Assembly (NCBI GenBank): GCA_029856045.1
Contig: JAHQWG010000016.1
Coordinates: forward strand, 320,001 to 384,000
Length of the DNA: 64,000 nt
Direction: 5' to 3'
Origin: Promethearchaeia archaeon
GTDB taxonomy: Archaea; Asgardarchaeota; Lokiarchaeia; Sigyniarchaeales; SOKP01
In this document: positions 29,080 to 39,047 of the stretch, one piece after another
Layout: every line of letters begins with the position of its first letter
How positions within the stretch are numbered: position 1 is the first letter of the stretch
Notes under the pieces: generated by a model
What the model was told of the DNA's origin: nothing
The model's database searches: none
What the model saw: the letters and a program-made list of their open reading frames with translations, nothing else
Position numbers and translations under genes: made by a program

Positions 29080-29922
29080 TTGAATCTTATAGAATTTCAA
29101 AATTTTTGCTTCCGTTATGATCATTCAGAAGATTTCGTATTGAAGGATATCAATATAAACATAGACTCAGGCAAATTCATTTTAATGTGTGGAATTACAG
29201 GTTCGGGAAAAACAAGTTTAGTCCGAGCAATGAATGGTTTGATTCCACAATTTTATCACGGTGAAATAAAAGGAAATGTATTAGTAAAAGGAAAAAATAC
29301 GAAAAATGTTCCAACATCTACATTGTCAAGAGATGTAGGATTAGTATTTCAAAATCCTGAGAATCAGTTAATAGCTATGAATGTAGAACGAGAAATTGCG
29401 TTTGGTCCGGAAAATATCGGTGTTCCTTGGGATGAAATGGATTCAAGAATTAAAGAATGTATTAAAATCACAGATATTGAACATCTTAGAAAAAAAGCAC
29501 CATTTGAAATAAGTGGTGGAGAACAACAGAGGGTTGCAATTGCCTCAATACTGGCATTACAGCCAGAAATTATAATTTTTGATGAACCAACTTCACTTCT
29601 AGACCCAAAAAGTGCAATTCAAATTCTTAACTTATTGAAAAAGATCCTTCTTGAAAAAAAAGTATCTACAATAATAGTTATTGAACATAGACTGGATATT
29701 GTACTTCCTTTAGCCGATGAAATTATATTGGTTGATAAAGGGCGAATTCTTGAGCAAGGTGAAGCCCATAATGTGATAAATGGAGAAAAATTTTTAAATT
29801 CAGGAGTTAATATTCCAAAATGTGTTTCAGTTTTTCAACAATTAATGAATCAGAATATATTTAGCGGTAAATTGCCAATTTCAATCGAAGAAACCAAAAA
29901 TTTGATAAATTCAATAAAATAG
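29080..29922 (+). CDS. ecfA1: ECF transporter ATPase A
   Basis: GITGSGKT, FQNPE, ISGGEQQR, DEPT, EH. Confidence 0.88.
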   Translation: MNLIEFQNFCFRYDHSEDFVLKDININIDSGKFILMCGITGSGKTSLVRAMNGLIPQFYHGEIKGNVLVKGKNTKNVPTSTLSRDVGLVFQNPENQLIAMNVEREIAFGPENIGVPWDEMDSRIKECIKITDIEHLRKKAPFEISGGEQQRVAIASILALQPEIIIFDEPTSLLDPKSAIQILNLLKKILLEKKVSTIIVIEHRLDIVLPLADEIILVDKGRILEQGEAHNVINGEKFLNSGVNIPKCVSVFQQLMNQNIFSGKLPISIEETKNLINSIK

Positions 29923-29927
29923 ACTAT

Positions 29928-30818
29928 ATGGAGAATGATAATATGGAAAAAAAACTTGAAGACCTTCAAATCTTGGTCAATAATTTGACTTATCATTATC
30001 CCGACGGGACTATTGCATTAAAAGGAGTCAACCTTAATATTTACTCAGGAGAAATTGTTGGAATAATGGGTAAAAATGGAGCAGGTAAATCTACATTAAT
30101 AAAGACATTCAATGGTTTATTGAAACCCACAACTGGAGTTGTTTATATAGAAAATGATGAAGTTAATAATGTTTTAATGTCAAAATTAACGAAAAAAGTA
30201 GGTATCGTATTTCAAAATCCCGATCTCCAATTATTTGCTAATACCGTTGAAGACGAAATTAGATTTTCACTTAAAAATTTAAATTTTACAAAAATTGAGC
30301 TTGAAAACCAAATTAGTTTAACTCTAGAAAAATTTAAACTAAAAAAATTTCAAAACCGGACTCCTTTTACTTTATCTGGTGGAGAAAAAAAAAGATTAGC
30401 AATTGCTTCAATAATGTGCAGAAATCCCGAAATTATTGTGTTTGATGAACCTACAATTGGTCAAGATGCAGAGGGAGTAAAATTCATAAGAAATTTAATA
30501 AAAGAGAAACATTCTGAAGGAAAAACAATAATAATTGTAACCCACGATATAGAATTTGCAATAGATAATATACCAAGAACAATTCTGATGGCTGATGGTC
30601 TTATTATAGCTGATGGCCCAACAAATAAAATTCTAAGTCAAGATCAAATTCTAAATATTGGTTATTTAATTTCACCCCAATTAATTATACTATCAAAATT
30701 TTTAATAGATTTAAAGATAAAGGTCCCTGAGGACGTATATATAAAAGAAAATATGGTCCAATTCTTAGGTTCATATTTTAAAGATAAAATGGGAATTACT
30801 GAAGGAGGGAAACCATAA
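29928..30818 (+). CDS. ecfA2: ECF transporter ATPase A'
   Basis: GKNGAGKST, FQNPD, LSGGEKKR, DEPT, THD. Confidence 0.88.
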   Translation: MENDNMEKKLEDLQILVNNLTYHYPDGTIALKGVNLNIYSGEIVGIMGKNGAGKSTLIKTFNGLLKPTTGVVYIENDEVNNVLMSKLTKKVGIVFQNPDLQLFANTVEDEIRFSLKNLNFTKIELENQISLTLEKFKLKKFQNRTPFTLSGGEKKRLAIASIMCRNPEIIVFDEPTIGQDAEGVKFIRNLIKEKHSEGKTIIIVTHDIEFAIDNIPRTILMADGLIIADGPTNKILSQDQILNIGYLISPQLIILSKFLIDLKIKVPEDVYIKENMVQFLGSYFKDKMGITEGGKP

Positions 30819-30832
30819 TATCCTTTGAATTC

Positions 30833-31585
30833 ATGGAAGCTTTCAAATTTATTCAAAAGAAGACAATTATTCATATTTTAGACCCTAGAACTAAGCTTCT
30901 ACTAGCAATCATTTATAGTATTCTCGCAATTATATTTGAAGAAATTTTCATTCTTTTTTTTGTATTTCTTTCATTATTTCCATTCATTCTCGCTGGACAA
31001 TTATTCAAAAAATGGATTAAAAGTATTCGGGGAATGACATTCTTATTTTTATTGCTAATTATTTTCAATACACTTTTTAGCACATTTTCTAGATCCATAT
31101 CAATGATAATACGTATAATGATTATGGTAAGTTCATTTTCATTATTCTTTTTAACAGTTCATCCTGACGATCTCATGCTTTCTCTTCTTTCTCTTAAAGT
31201 ACCTTACAATATTGCATTTTCATTTTCATTATCTTTTCGATTTGTACCAACAATTGCAATTGAAGCTCAAAATATAATTGATGCTCAAAAAAGCAGGGGA
31301 TATGAAATGGAACAAGGTGGTTTAATATCACAAGCAAGAAATTTAATACCCTTATTAATTCCATTAATTGTCTGCTCACTAAAAAGAGCCTTTCACATTG
31401 CTGAAAGTCTAGATTCCAGAGCTTTTGGAAGTACTAAAAATAGAACCTATTATTATTCCATCAAATATGCAAAAAAAGATTGGTTATTAACGATTATTCT
31501 TATCTCGTTATTTATTTTTGGAGTTATTGTTAAAATCTTCCCAGAATTCTTACCTACGTGGTTCTATTGGAAATTAAAAGTGTAA
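30833..31585 (+). CDS. ecfT: ECF transporter transmembrane subunit T
   Basis: LDPRTKL, RFVP, AQKSRG, LDSRAF motifs; hydrophobic. Confidence 0.92.
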   Translation: MEAFKFIQKKTIIHILDPRTKLLLAIIYSILAIIFEEIFILFFVFLSLFPFILAGQLFKKWIKSIRGMTFLFLLLIIFNTLFSTFSRSISMIIRIMIMVSSFSLFFLTVHPDDLMLSLLSLKVPYNIAFSFSLSFRFVPTIAIEAQNIIDAQKSRGYEMEQGGLISQARNLIPLLIPLIVCSLKRAFHIAESLDSRAFGSTKNRTYYYSIKYAKKDWLLTIILISLFIFGVIVKIFPEFLPTWFYWKLKV

Positions 31586-31618
31586 AATATATTTAAAAGA
31601 AAATATTTCTGATTTAAA

Positions 31619-32326
31619 TTGATAAAAAAAACAATTTCAATAGAAATTCAAGGTGAAAATAAAGAAATCTATTTAGGATTTGATGATCTTAAGATTAGTA
31701 TTAAATATTTGAAAGAAAAATATAACTTACAAGATAATGATGATCTTATTAATCTTTTTTTAACACTAATTTCTAAGTTAGAACGTCAATATAGTCCATC
31801 TACTATACAAATCTTTAATTCTGAGTTTGTTATTTCTCCAGAACATATTATTACAGCATTTTATCACACATATAAGGCGTTTAATAATAAAATAAACATA
31901 TCTAATCAAAAAAATATTGAGTTTTTACTATATCTCTCCACTAAAAGGCAAATCTCCAATGCGCTCAATTATTTTGGAATTAAAATTGAAGATATAGATC
32001 AAGATTCCTCAATAAATATAGGATATTTTATTGCTAGCTATGAAAATAATGTTAATTTAATTAAAAGGAGAATTATAGAAAAACTTAATGCTATTGAGGG
32101 AATATCATTGATTACAGAAAAATCTTTAACAAAACTTCAAAAAATTATCAATTTTTTTAATATTTCTATCAATCAGCTTGAAATTTACTTTCATTCCCAT
32201 GAAAAGGAATTTATTTCTGATAATTTTCTAGAGAATAATAATTTAAACGATTTATATAACATATGCTTAGAGATAATTTTGGAAAAAATGGTATTGTTGT
32301 CTCTAGAAAAAGTCTCTATTGAATAA
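31619..32326 (+). CDS. cgi121: KEOPS subunit Cgi121
   Basis: QIFN...SPEHI.TA...KAF...NIS...IEFLLYLSTKRQISNAL..FG. Confidence 0.85.
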   Translation: MIKKTISIEIQGENKEIYLGFDDLKISIKYLKEKYNLQDNDDLINLFLTLISKLERQYSPSTIQIFNSEFVISPEHIITAFYHTYKAFNNKINISNQKNIEFLLYLSTKRQISNALNYFGIKIEDIDQDSSINIGYFIASYENNVNLIKRRIIEKLNAIEGISLITEKSLTKLQKIINFFNISINQLEIYFHSHEKEFISDNFLENNNLNDLYNICLEIILEKMVLLSLEKVSIE

Positions 32327-32849
32327 TACGAACTTGTTCTTTAGCTACACTTAAAATGTCACTTTTTGTTATAAATGATATACCAGTAAAACCCCCCAAT
32401 ATCTCAATATTTACGATTTTATCTGGCTCTTTTAAATCTACTTTATTTTGAAGATCAGTTGCTATATGTTCAATTATTTTTAATTTAGAAGTCGCAAAAT
32501 TTCTTTTTTGAATTTGTATTTTAAATGTTTCATTTTTTTTTATAGCTTTATGAAACTTATCAATAACTTTCATTTTTATTAAATCTAAATCGGTTTCACA
32601 AACATATTCAATAGGAGTTATTTTTAAGACATATTGAAAAAAATAGGGATTTCTTAGTATAATTTTCCTTAATTTTTTTATACATTTTTTGGGATTTAAA
32701 TTTGTAAATGCAATAAATAATCCAGGGAACTCCACTCTAAAAATTAAGGGAAATTCATCACCCATCATAAATAATAAAAACCAAAGCTCTGCTTTAGCAT
32801 TTATTTCATTATTTCTTGATGTGGATATTAACATATTAAAATTTTTCAT
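32316..32849 (-). CDS. THUMP-domain RNA-binding protein (Tan1-like)
   Basis: TFKIQIQKR, KVDLKEPDKIVNIEILG..TGIS. Confidence 0.88.
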   Translation of the reverse strand: MKNFNMLISTSRNNEINAKAELWFLLFMMGDEFPLIFRVEFPGLFIAFTNLNPKKCIKKLRKIILRNPYFFQYVLKITPIEYVCETDLDLIKMKVIDKFHKAIKKNETFKIQIQKRNFATSKLKIIEHIATDLQNKVDLKEPDKIVNIEILGGFTGISFITKSDILSVAKEQVRIIQ

Positions 32850-33523
32850 TAAATTCCTCCATCATCAATAATTTTTAAAATTTCTTCCTTAGAAATTGAA
32901 CCGATTCTTAAAAATTTCAATTCTGACTTTTTTTTTGCTGAAGAACAATCAACAATTGTGCTGGGAATTTGTGTTAATGTCTTTCCACCATCTAATATTA
33001 CATCTATTTGACCAAATAATAATTTTGGTATATATTCTCCTTCTATAATGTTCTCTTGATCAGAAAGATTTGCGGAAGTTCCGATAATTCCCCCTAAAAC
33101 GCCCTTACTTTTAAGATTTCCTAAAATTGCAAGTATTACCTCGTTCTCAGGGACTCTAATCGCAACAGTTTGTTTACCGCCTGTTAATTCTTGAGGTATA
33201 GATTTTGAAATCTTTTTAACAATAATAGTTACTTGTCCTGGCCAAAAATATTCAGCAATTTGACTCGCATATAAATTAAATTCTCCGATCTTTTTTGCTT
33301 CTTTTATATCGCTAACTAGAATTGGAAGCCCCTTATCCTTTTCTCTAAATTTCATTTCGAAAATCCTTTTAATCACTTTAAGATTTTGTGGGTCACCACC
33401 GAGACCATAAACGGTATTTGTTGGATATGCAATTATTTTACCTTCAATTACTGCATCAGCTGCTTTCTCCAAAAAAATTTGGTCCAATTTATTATCTCCG
33501 CTCAATTTTAATAGTAATCCCAT
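32849..33523 (-). CDS. Threonylcarbamoyl-AMP synthase, short YrdC/TsaC-type form
   Basis: YPTNTVYGLG, K.R...K.L, FWPG.VT, AIRVP, TSANLS, PSTIVD; no C-terminal SUA5 domain. Confidence 0.92.
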   Translation of the reverse strand: MGLLLKLSGDNKLDQIFLEKAADAVIEGKIIAYPTNTVYGLGGDPQNLKVIKRIFEMKFREKDKGLPILVSDIKEAKKIGEFNLYASQIAEYFWPGQVTIIVKKISKSIPQELTGGKQTVAIRVPENEVILAILGNLKSKGVLGGIIGTSANLSDQENIIEGEYIPKLLFGQIDVILDGGKTLTQIPSTIVDCSSAKKKSELKFLRIGSISKEEILKIIDDGGI

Positions 33524-33558
33524 TATAAAAATCAACTTAATTTCTTTTTAAAAAATCT

Positions 33559-34005
33559 TTATTTCTCTGGTGGTTTCCATTTTTCATAATATATCTCAAA
33601 CTTTCTTAGTAACACCTTTGGTTCTATCTTTCTGTTCTCACTCATTGCCTTAAATGCTTCTAACATGACTTCTAATTGTAGTAATTGAAATTCTTGATTT
33701 TTTTCATCGCTGGTTGTAAGAAATCGGTGCGTTATTTCATTAGTCTTGAAAATTTCCATAGAATTAATGTTGTAAATATCTAGAAAATAACCAATAAAGA
33801 AGGCTCCGAGAAGTATTATAGGAAATGCTATTATCAATATCCAAAAAGTAATTTCAAATGCTATAAAAATAAGAGAAACAGCACTGATTGTGGACATTGC
33901 GATTTGATAATATGACTGCCCCATCTTGAGTCGAGACATTTGCCTTCCGAGAAATCGAGCTGTTTTTACCCATTTTGACTTTCTAACTTTTTTGTCATTA
34001 AACAT
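33559..34005 (-). CDS. Hypothetical 2-TM membrane protein
   Basis: 148 aa with a hydrophobic hairpin (IAMSTISAVSLIF...LGAFFIGYFLD). Confidence 0.65.
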   Translation of the reverse strand: MFNDKKVRKSKWVKTARFLGRQMSRLKMGQSYYQIAMSTISAVSLIFIAFEITFWILIIAFPIILLGAFFIGYFLDIYNINSMEIFKTNEITHRFLTTSDEKNQEFQLLQLEVMLEAFKAMSENRKIEPKVLLRKFEIYYEKWKPPEK

Positions 34006-34057
34006 CTTTTCACTTTTTAATTTTAATTATTAATGAATGATTTTTTTGGATTTAATT

Positions 34058-34978
34058 TTAATATTCACTTTTATCCTTTAATTCTAATTCCAACTCAATG
34101 TGTTTCCATGCATTTTCTATATTTTCTTGCCATTTAACTAAACCAAGCTCAGAAAGTGTGTTAAATCTCTTTTGAATCTCTAAATACTCTTGAATTGGTC
34201 TGCGTTTCGAATGATCTAAATATTTTTTACTCGGCTTAGATAATTTAAATTCACCATTTTCAACTTCATATAATATCCAAAATCCAGTTTCCACAGCCAA
34301 TTTTCCTATTTTTACGGTATCTTCAGAAGCAAAACCCCAACCAGGGGGACAGGGGGCAAGAATGTGAATATATCTAAATCCTTTAATTTCTTTCGCTTTC
34401 TTAAATTTTTCATAAAGATCAATTGGATAAGAAGTACAACATGTAGCTACATATGGGACGTTATGAGCCGCCACTATTGCAGGTAAATTCTTTTTGAATC
34501 GTTGTTTTCCAAAGGGTGTCGTTGTAGTTCTAGCCCCATGAGGTGTAGACGAGCTTCTTTGAATACCGGTGTTCATATAAGCTTCATTATCATAACAGAC
34601 ATAAAGAATATTAGAATTTCTTTCTGCTGCACCACTTATACCTTGAATCCCAATATCTGTTGTTCCACCATCTCCTGCAAAAACTAAAGAAGTCATATCA
34701 TCCCAACCTTTAGCTTTAAACGCTGCATCTAGACCAGATGCCGCTGCTGCTGCAGCAGCAAATGCCATATTAATAAAAGGGAAATTTGAGGCAGTTTTAG
34801 GCCATAACCCAACAACCACATTAAGGCAGCTTGCCGGAGCAACCAGAACGGTCTTAGGACCGAGCGCTTTCATCGCCCATCTAAGTGCCAATTCCAATCC
34901 ACAACCAGCACACGTTGAATTTCCTGCTAAGAAGAATTCTTCTCTAGCTGTTTCTTGCAATTCTTTTAAACTAACCAT
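34058..34978 (-). CDS. porB: Pyruvate/2-oxoacid:ferredoxin oxidoreductase beta (TPP-binding)
   Basis: CAGCG, GDGG...YDNEAYMNTG.QRS, PCPPGW. Confidence 0.92.
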   Translation of the reverse strand: MVSLKELQETAREEFFLAGNSTCAGCGLELALRWAMKALGPKTVLVAPASCLNVVVGLWPKTASNFPFINMAFAAAAAAASGLDAAFKAKGWDDMTSLVFAGDGGTTDIGIQGISGAAERNSNILYVCYDNEAYMNTGIQRSSSTPHGARTTTTPFGKQRFKKNLPAIVAAHNVPYVATCCTSYPIDLYEKFKKAKEIKGFRYIHILAPCPPGWGFASEDTVKIGKLAVETGFWILYEVENGEFKLSKPSKKYLDHSKRRPIQEYLEIQKRFNTLSELGLVKWQENIENAWKHIELELELKDKSEY

Positions 34979-34980
34979 TG

Positions 34981-36216
34981 TTATTTTACCTCCAAAATGC
35001 CATCCCAGAGAGTCCCATGTATCATATCCTGTGGAAATTCTCCTGTCTCTTTTAATTTTATTAATTTTTTAAATTCTTCCTTCTGTTGTTCTACTGATAC
35101 TTCTCTCCCTCCAATTCCAGTAATAATCGGTAGAATAGTTGTATCAATTCCTGTTCCGTGAAGTGCGCTTTTACATTCAGAACTAACTGCACCTCCAGTT
35201 GGTGATCCAAAAGCTGTATCTCGATCAACTACTCCAATAACATCAACCTTTTTCGCTATGTTTATAATTTCCTCAGTAGGAAATGGTCTAAAATGTCTTA
35301 ATTTTACTGAACCCACTTTATAACCCTCCTGTCTTAATTCATCTACTGCCTGCTCTGCTTGTAGTGCAAGCCCTCCAATATTAATCAATGCTACTTCCGC
35401 ATCATCCATCTTATATTCTTGAATAAGTCCATTTCCATAACTTCTTCCAAAGATCTTTTCAAATTCTAAAGCAGTTTGTTTAATTATATGCCTCGATTTT
35501 ATCATTTCATCATGAATTTTCATTCTGAATTCATAATAAAAACCAGAAGGCATAATTAGATTTCCATGCATCATTGGTCTTTCTGGATCAATAAAAATAT
35601 GTGGCCAGCCTTTTTCATCAGGTAAAGGCGGCAGAAATTTTTCTAATTTATCATCAGGCTCAATAATTACTGGTTTAGATGTGTGTGATAATACGAAACC
35701 TCCATATGCAACAAACATTGGGAGTAAAACTTCCTCATTTTCACAAATCTTATAGGCCATTAAAACGCTATCATAAATCTCTTGATGTGAAGATGCGAAT
35801 GAAATTAACCATCCAGCGTCTCTCTGTGAAATTACATCAGTAAAATCCGCCCATATATTCCACGGAGGAGCAATTCCACGCGATGCAATAGTCATTACTA
35901 TAGGTAATCTCGCACCAGCTGCCCAATGAACCATCTCACTCATATATAAAAGACCTTGTCCTGCTGTTGCGGAAAAAGTTCTGGTTCCAGCAATGCTTGC
36001 ACCTACTAGAGCAGCCATGACTGAGTGTTCCGATTCAACTTTAATATATTGGGCTGGCATATCTCCAGAATCGACAAAATCTGAAAGTTTTTCAACAACA
36101 GTTGTTTGTGGAGTAATTGGATAAGCACTTATAACTTGAACCTTTGCTGAGCGTGCTGCATAAGCTGCTGCAACATTACCTGTAATAAACTTAATTTCCT
36201 GTTCTTTTTGACTCAT
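34981..36216 (-). CDS. porA: 2-oxoacid:ferredoxin oxidoreductase alpha
   Basis: AYPITPQT, VESEHS, TAGQGL, FRPFP, GGRE. Confidence 0.92.
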   Translation of the reverse strand: MSQKEQEIKFITGNVAAAYAARSAKVQVISAYPITPQTTVVEKLSDFVDSGDMPAQYIKVESEHSVMAALVGASIAGTRTFSATAGQGLLYMSEMVHWAAGARLPIVMTIASRGIAPPWNIWADFTDVISQRDAGWLISFASSHQEIYDSVLMAYKICENEEVLLPMFVAYGGFVLSHTSKPVIIEPDDKLEKFLPPLPDEKGWPHIFIDPERPMMHGNLIMPSGFYYEFRMKIHDEMIKSRHIIKQTALEFEKIFGRSYGNGLIQEYKMDDAEVALINIGGLALQAEQAVDELRQEGYKVGSVKLRHFRPFPTEEIINIAKKVDVIGVVDRDTAFGSPTGGAVSSECKSALHGTGIDTTILPIITGIGGREVSVEQQKEEFKKLIKLKETGEFPQDMIHGTLWDGILEVK

Positions 36217-36545
36217 TATTCAAATTCACTCTCCCTTTTCATTTCTATTGCTTTAACAGGACATTCTTTTGCACAAATTCCACAACCTTTACAATAAGTA
36301 TAGTCTATTATGAAAAATTCATCTTCACTCTTTTGTACAACTCCTTCTGGACAATACATCCAGCAAAAACCACATTTAGTACATTTTTTTTTATCTATTA
36401 CAGGTCTAAAAACCCTCCAATCTCCAGTCTCTCCCATACTTCCATAACAAGGAAATGATATGGGAATTGGGGTTAATTCCTTCCAATTTTTATAATTTTG
36501 AAGTTTAGGTCTTTTATCTTTACTTTCCGCTATTATTTTCCACAT
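36216..36545 (-). CDS. porD: 2-oxoacid:ferredoxin oxidoreductase delta, 2[4Fe-4S]
   Basis: TGDWRVFRP, CTKCGFCWMYCP, CKGCGICAKECP. Confidence 0.93.
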   Translation of the reverse strand: MWKIIAESKDKRPKLQNYKNWKELTPIPISFPCYGSMGETGDWRVFRPVIDKKKCTKCGFCWMYCPEGVVQKSEDEFFIIDYTYCKGCGICAKECPVKAIEMKRESEFE

Positions 36546-36547
36546 AA

Positions 36548-37126
36548 TTAAATCATCTCCTTAACCATTTCAAATGCATCTCTAGCTGTTTTCATATTTT
36601 TCTCAGCTCTTGAACCAAATTTTTTTTTAATAACTTTTTCCATAATATCTAGGCCATAAAACCCAGATACCTTAGCAAATGCTCCCAACATTGGGATATT
36701 TAAAATTGGAAACCCCTCTATTGCTAATTCATGCTTTAAAGAAATGCCAGTTGCATCAACCATATAAATTTTAACATTTTTTGGCAAATTATTATTAAAT
36801 TCAATTTTATGATCGGTATTAATGATTAAAATCACTCCCTCTTTAATAGTAGCAAACACTCTGGGAATCTTTAATAGAGTAGTATCAAAAATAAATATAA
36901 AATCCGGGTCAGTTACACTACTATAAGATCTAATTTGAGCATCCCTAGATATTCTAGAAAAAGCTTGTATTGGAGCACCCCTTCGTTCGGCACCAATTAT
37001 TGGTATAGCTATTGCATCTTTAAAACCACTTTCATATGCCATTTCTGACAGTAACTGGGAAGCGGTAATAGCAGTTTGACCCCCCCTCCCGTTAAAGGCA
37101 ATTTCAATAATTTTTTTCTCTATCAT
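36548..37126 (-). CDS. porG: 2-oxoacid:ferredoxin oxidoreductase gamma
   Basis: GRGGQ, GAERRGAP, VDAT.IS, NIPMLGA. Confidence 0.92.
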   Translation of the reverse strand: MIEKKIIEIAFNGRGGQTAITASQLLSEMAYESGFKDAIAIPIIGAERRGAPIQAFSRISRDAQIRSYSSVTDPDFIFIFDTTLLKIPRVFATIKEGVILIINTDHKIEFNNNLPKNVKIYMVDATGISLKHELAIEGFPILNIPMLGAFAKVSGFYGLDIMEKVIKKKFGSRAEKNMKTARDAFEMVKEMI

Positions 37127-37227
37127 TTTTCAATGCTCCATTGTAATGTATAATTTTAAAGTGTTCAAAATATTTGTTTTTATTTTTAATAAAATATTTC
37201 ATAATAAAATTATAATTATAATTATAT

Positions 37228-37773
37228 ATGGCAAAGATTAAAAAAGATGACTCTGGAAAGGATTTAGGCTTTGATTGTCCTGTCTGTAAAAAAGGAAGAC
37301 TCATTTTAAGTAAGCATATTCATGAACTTCCAGATGGAGATAAATATCTCATCATGAAATTCGAATGCAATAAGTGCGATTTTAAGAAAAATGATCTTAT
37401 TCCAGTAGAAACACCCATTAAACCAGGTAAATTTTTTTTAAACGTTAATGAGAAAGAAGACTTAAAATCAAAAGTTTTTAGGGCCTCTTCAGGTATATTA
37501 GAAATCCCTGAATTAGAAATGGAAATTGAGCCAGGTCCTGCAGCAGACTTTTATATTACAAATATTGAGGGTGTATTATCTAGAATGAAAGATGCTGTTT
37601 TATTTTTTAAAAAAGGGTTATCTGAAGAAAATCAAAAAGTGAATAAAATCCTTGAAAATATAGATAGGGCCATTAATGGGGAATTTAAATTCACATTAAT
37701 AATAACTGATGAATTAGGAGGGAGTTATATCGTGCCCGTTAATAAAAAGTCATTAAAAATTGAATATTTTTAA
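37228..37773 (+). CDS. ZPR1-related zinc finger protein
   Basis: CPVC...CNKC, IPELEMEIEPGP, ITNIEGVL, D.LG.SYI. Confidence 0.9.
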   Translation: MAKIKKDDSGKDLGFDCPVCKKGRLILSKHIHELPDGDKYLIMKFECNKCDFKKNDLIPVETPIKPGKFFLNVNEKEDLKSKVFRASSGILEIPELEMEIEPGPAADFYITNIEGVLSRMKDAVLFFKKGLSEENQKVNKILENIDRAINGEFKFTLIITDELGGSYIVPVNKKSLKIEYF

Positions 37774-37788
37774 AAAAGATTAAACTTT

Positions 37789-38964
37789 TTACTGTTTTGA
37801 TTTATAGCGAACTTTAACTAATAAATCCCTTAATTCTATTTTATCGCTATCTTTTTTTATATACTTTTTCCGTGCACCTTCTTCAAGAGGTATGGTTAGA
37901 ATCTTATTTCCTTGAAGTGACACCATTTTACCAAAATCTTCTTTAATCACCTGTTTCATAGCACCTAAACCAAACCTTAATCCTAAGATTCGATCAAATG
38001 CATTGGGAGTTCCTGCTCTCATTGTATGTCCTAACACAACACTTCTACATTCAAAATCCACACCATTTTTCTGAAATTCTTCTTTTAAATCGTCTCGCAA
38101 GTTTAATTCTTGGACTAATATTTTACTAATTTTTAAAGATGATAATAAAGAATTGCCGTATTCATCTTTGGGTAAATTATCTATTGTTTCTTTCGTAATT
38201 GTCTTAAAATCTCTTGATAATGATTCTTTGCTTGGATAAGCTCCTTCAGAACAAGCAATAAGATGATATTTATAGCCACTTCTTACTCTATTTTTAAGCA
38301 CATCGATTAGATCCAATTCTAAATCAAAAGGAGTTTCAGGAATTAAAATAATATCTGCACCAGTTGAAATTCCACTATACATAGTTAAAAAACCAGCATC
38401 TCTTCCCATAACTTCAACAATAAATACTCTCTGGTGGGATCTGGCAGTGGTTGTAAGATTGTCCATTACATTCGAAGCTAGTTGAACTGCACTCCAGAAT
38501 CCGAATGTATAATGTGTTCCTAATAAATCATTATCAATTGTTTTAGGAACTCCAATAACTTTTGCATTGGAATATTTAAACATTGCAGCAGCAACTCCTA
38601 ATGTATCATCGCCACCTATGGCAATAAGGGCATCAATATCTAAATCTTTAAATTTCGATGCCATCTCAGTTGCAATTTTTTTTGCTAATTCTTCTTTTTC
38701 CTTCTGGTTCGATATTTTATGTATTGCTTTATAAGGATTAAATCTTGATGTATAAATTAAAGTTCCTCCTACAGTGTGTAAATCATCTAACTCAGCTATA
38801 TTAAGAGGTTCTTTAATATTCTCCATAAAACCTTTCCATCCCTTTTTAATTCCAATACATTCAATTCCAGAATCAAATGCTTTCAATAGTATCCCATAAA
38901 TAACTGAATTCAAACCTGGAGCGTCTCCGCCGCCTGTCAAAATCCCTACCTTTTTTATAGCCAT
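37789..38964 (-). CDS. pfkA: PfkA-family phosphofructokinase, PPi-type signature
   Basis: TGGGDAPGLN, GGDDT, PKTIDND, EVMGR, LGH.MR.G. Confidence 0.9.
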   Translation of the reverse strand: MAIKKVGILTGGGDAPGLNSVIYGILLKAFDSGIECIGIKKGWKGFMENIKEPLNIAELDDLHTVGGTLIYTSRFNPYKAIHKISNQKEKEELAKKIATEMASKFKDLDIDALIAIGGDDTLGVAAAMFKYSNAKVIGVPKTIDNDLLGTHYTFGFWSAVQLASNVMDNLTTTARSHQRVFIVEVMGRDAGFLTMYSGISTGADIILIPETPFDLELDLIDVLKNRVRSGYKYHLIACSEGAYPSKESLSRDFKTITKETIDNLPKDEYGNSLLSSLKISKILVQELNLRDDLKEEFQKNGVDFECRSVVLGHTMRAGTPNAFDRILGLRFGLGAMKQVIKEDFGKMVSLQGNKILTIPLEEGARKKYIKKDSDKIELRDLLVKVRYKSKQ

Positions 38965-39047
38965 AAAATTTCACATTAAATAATTATAATTGAAATATAT
39001 ATTTTTATTAGAGTAATTTAAATGTAAATTTATTTTTATTTAATAAT

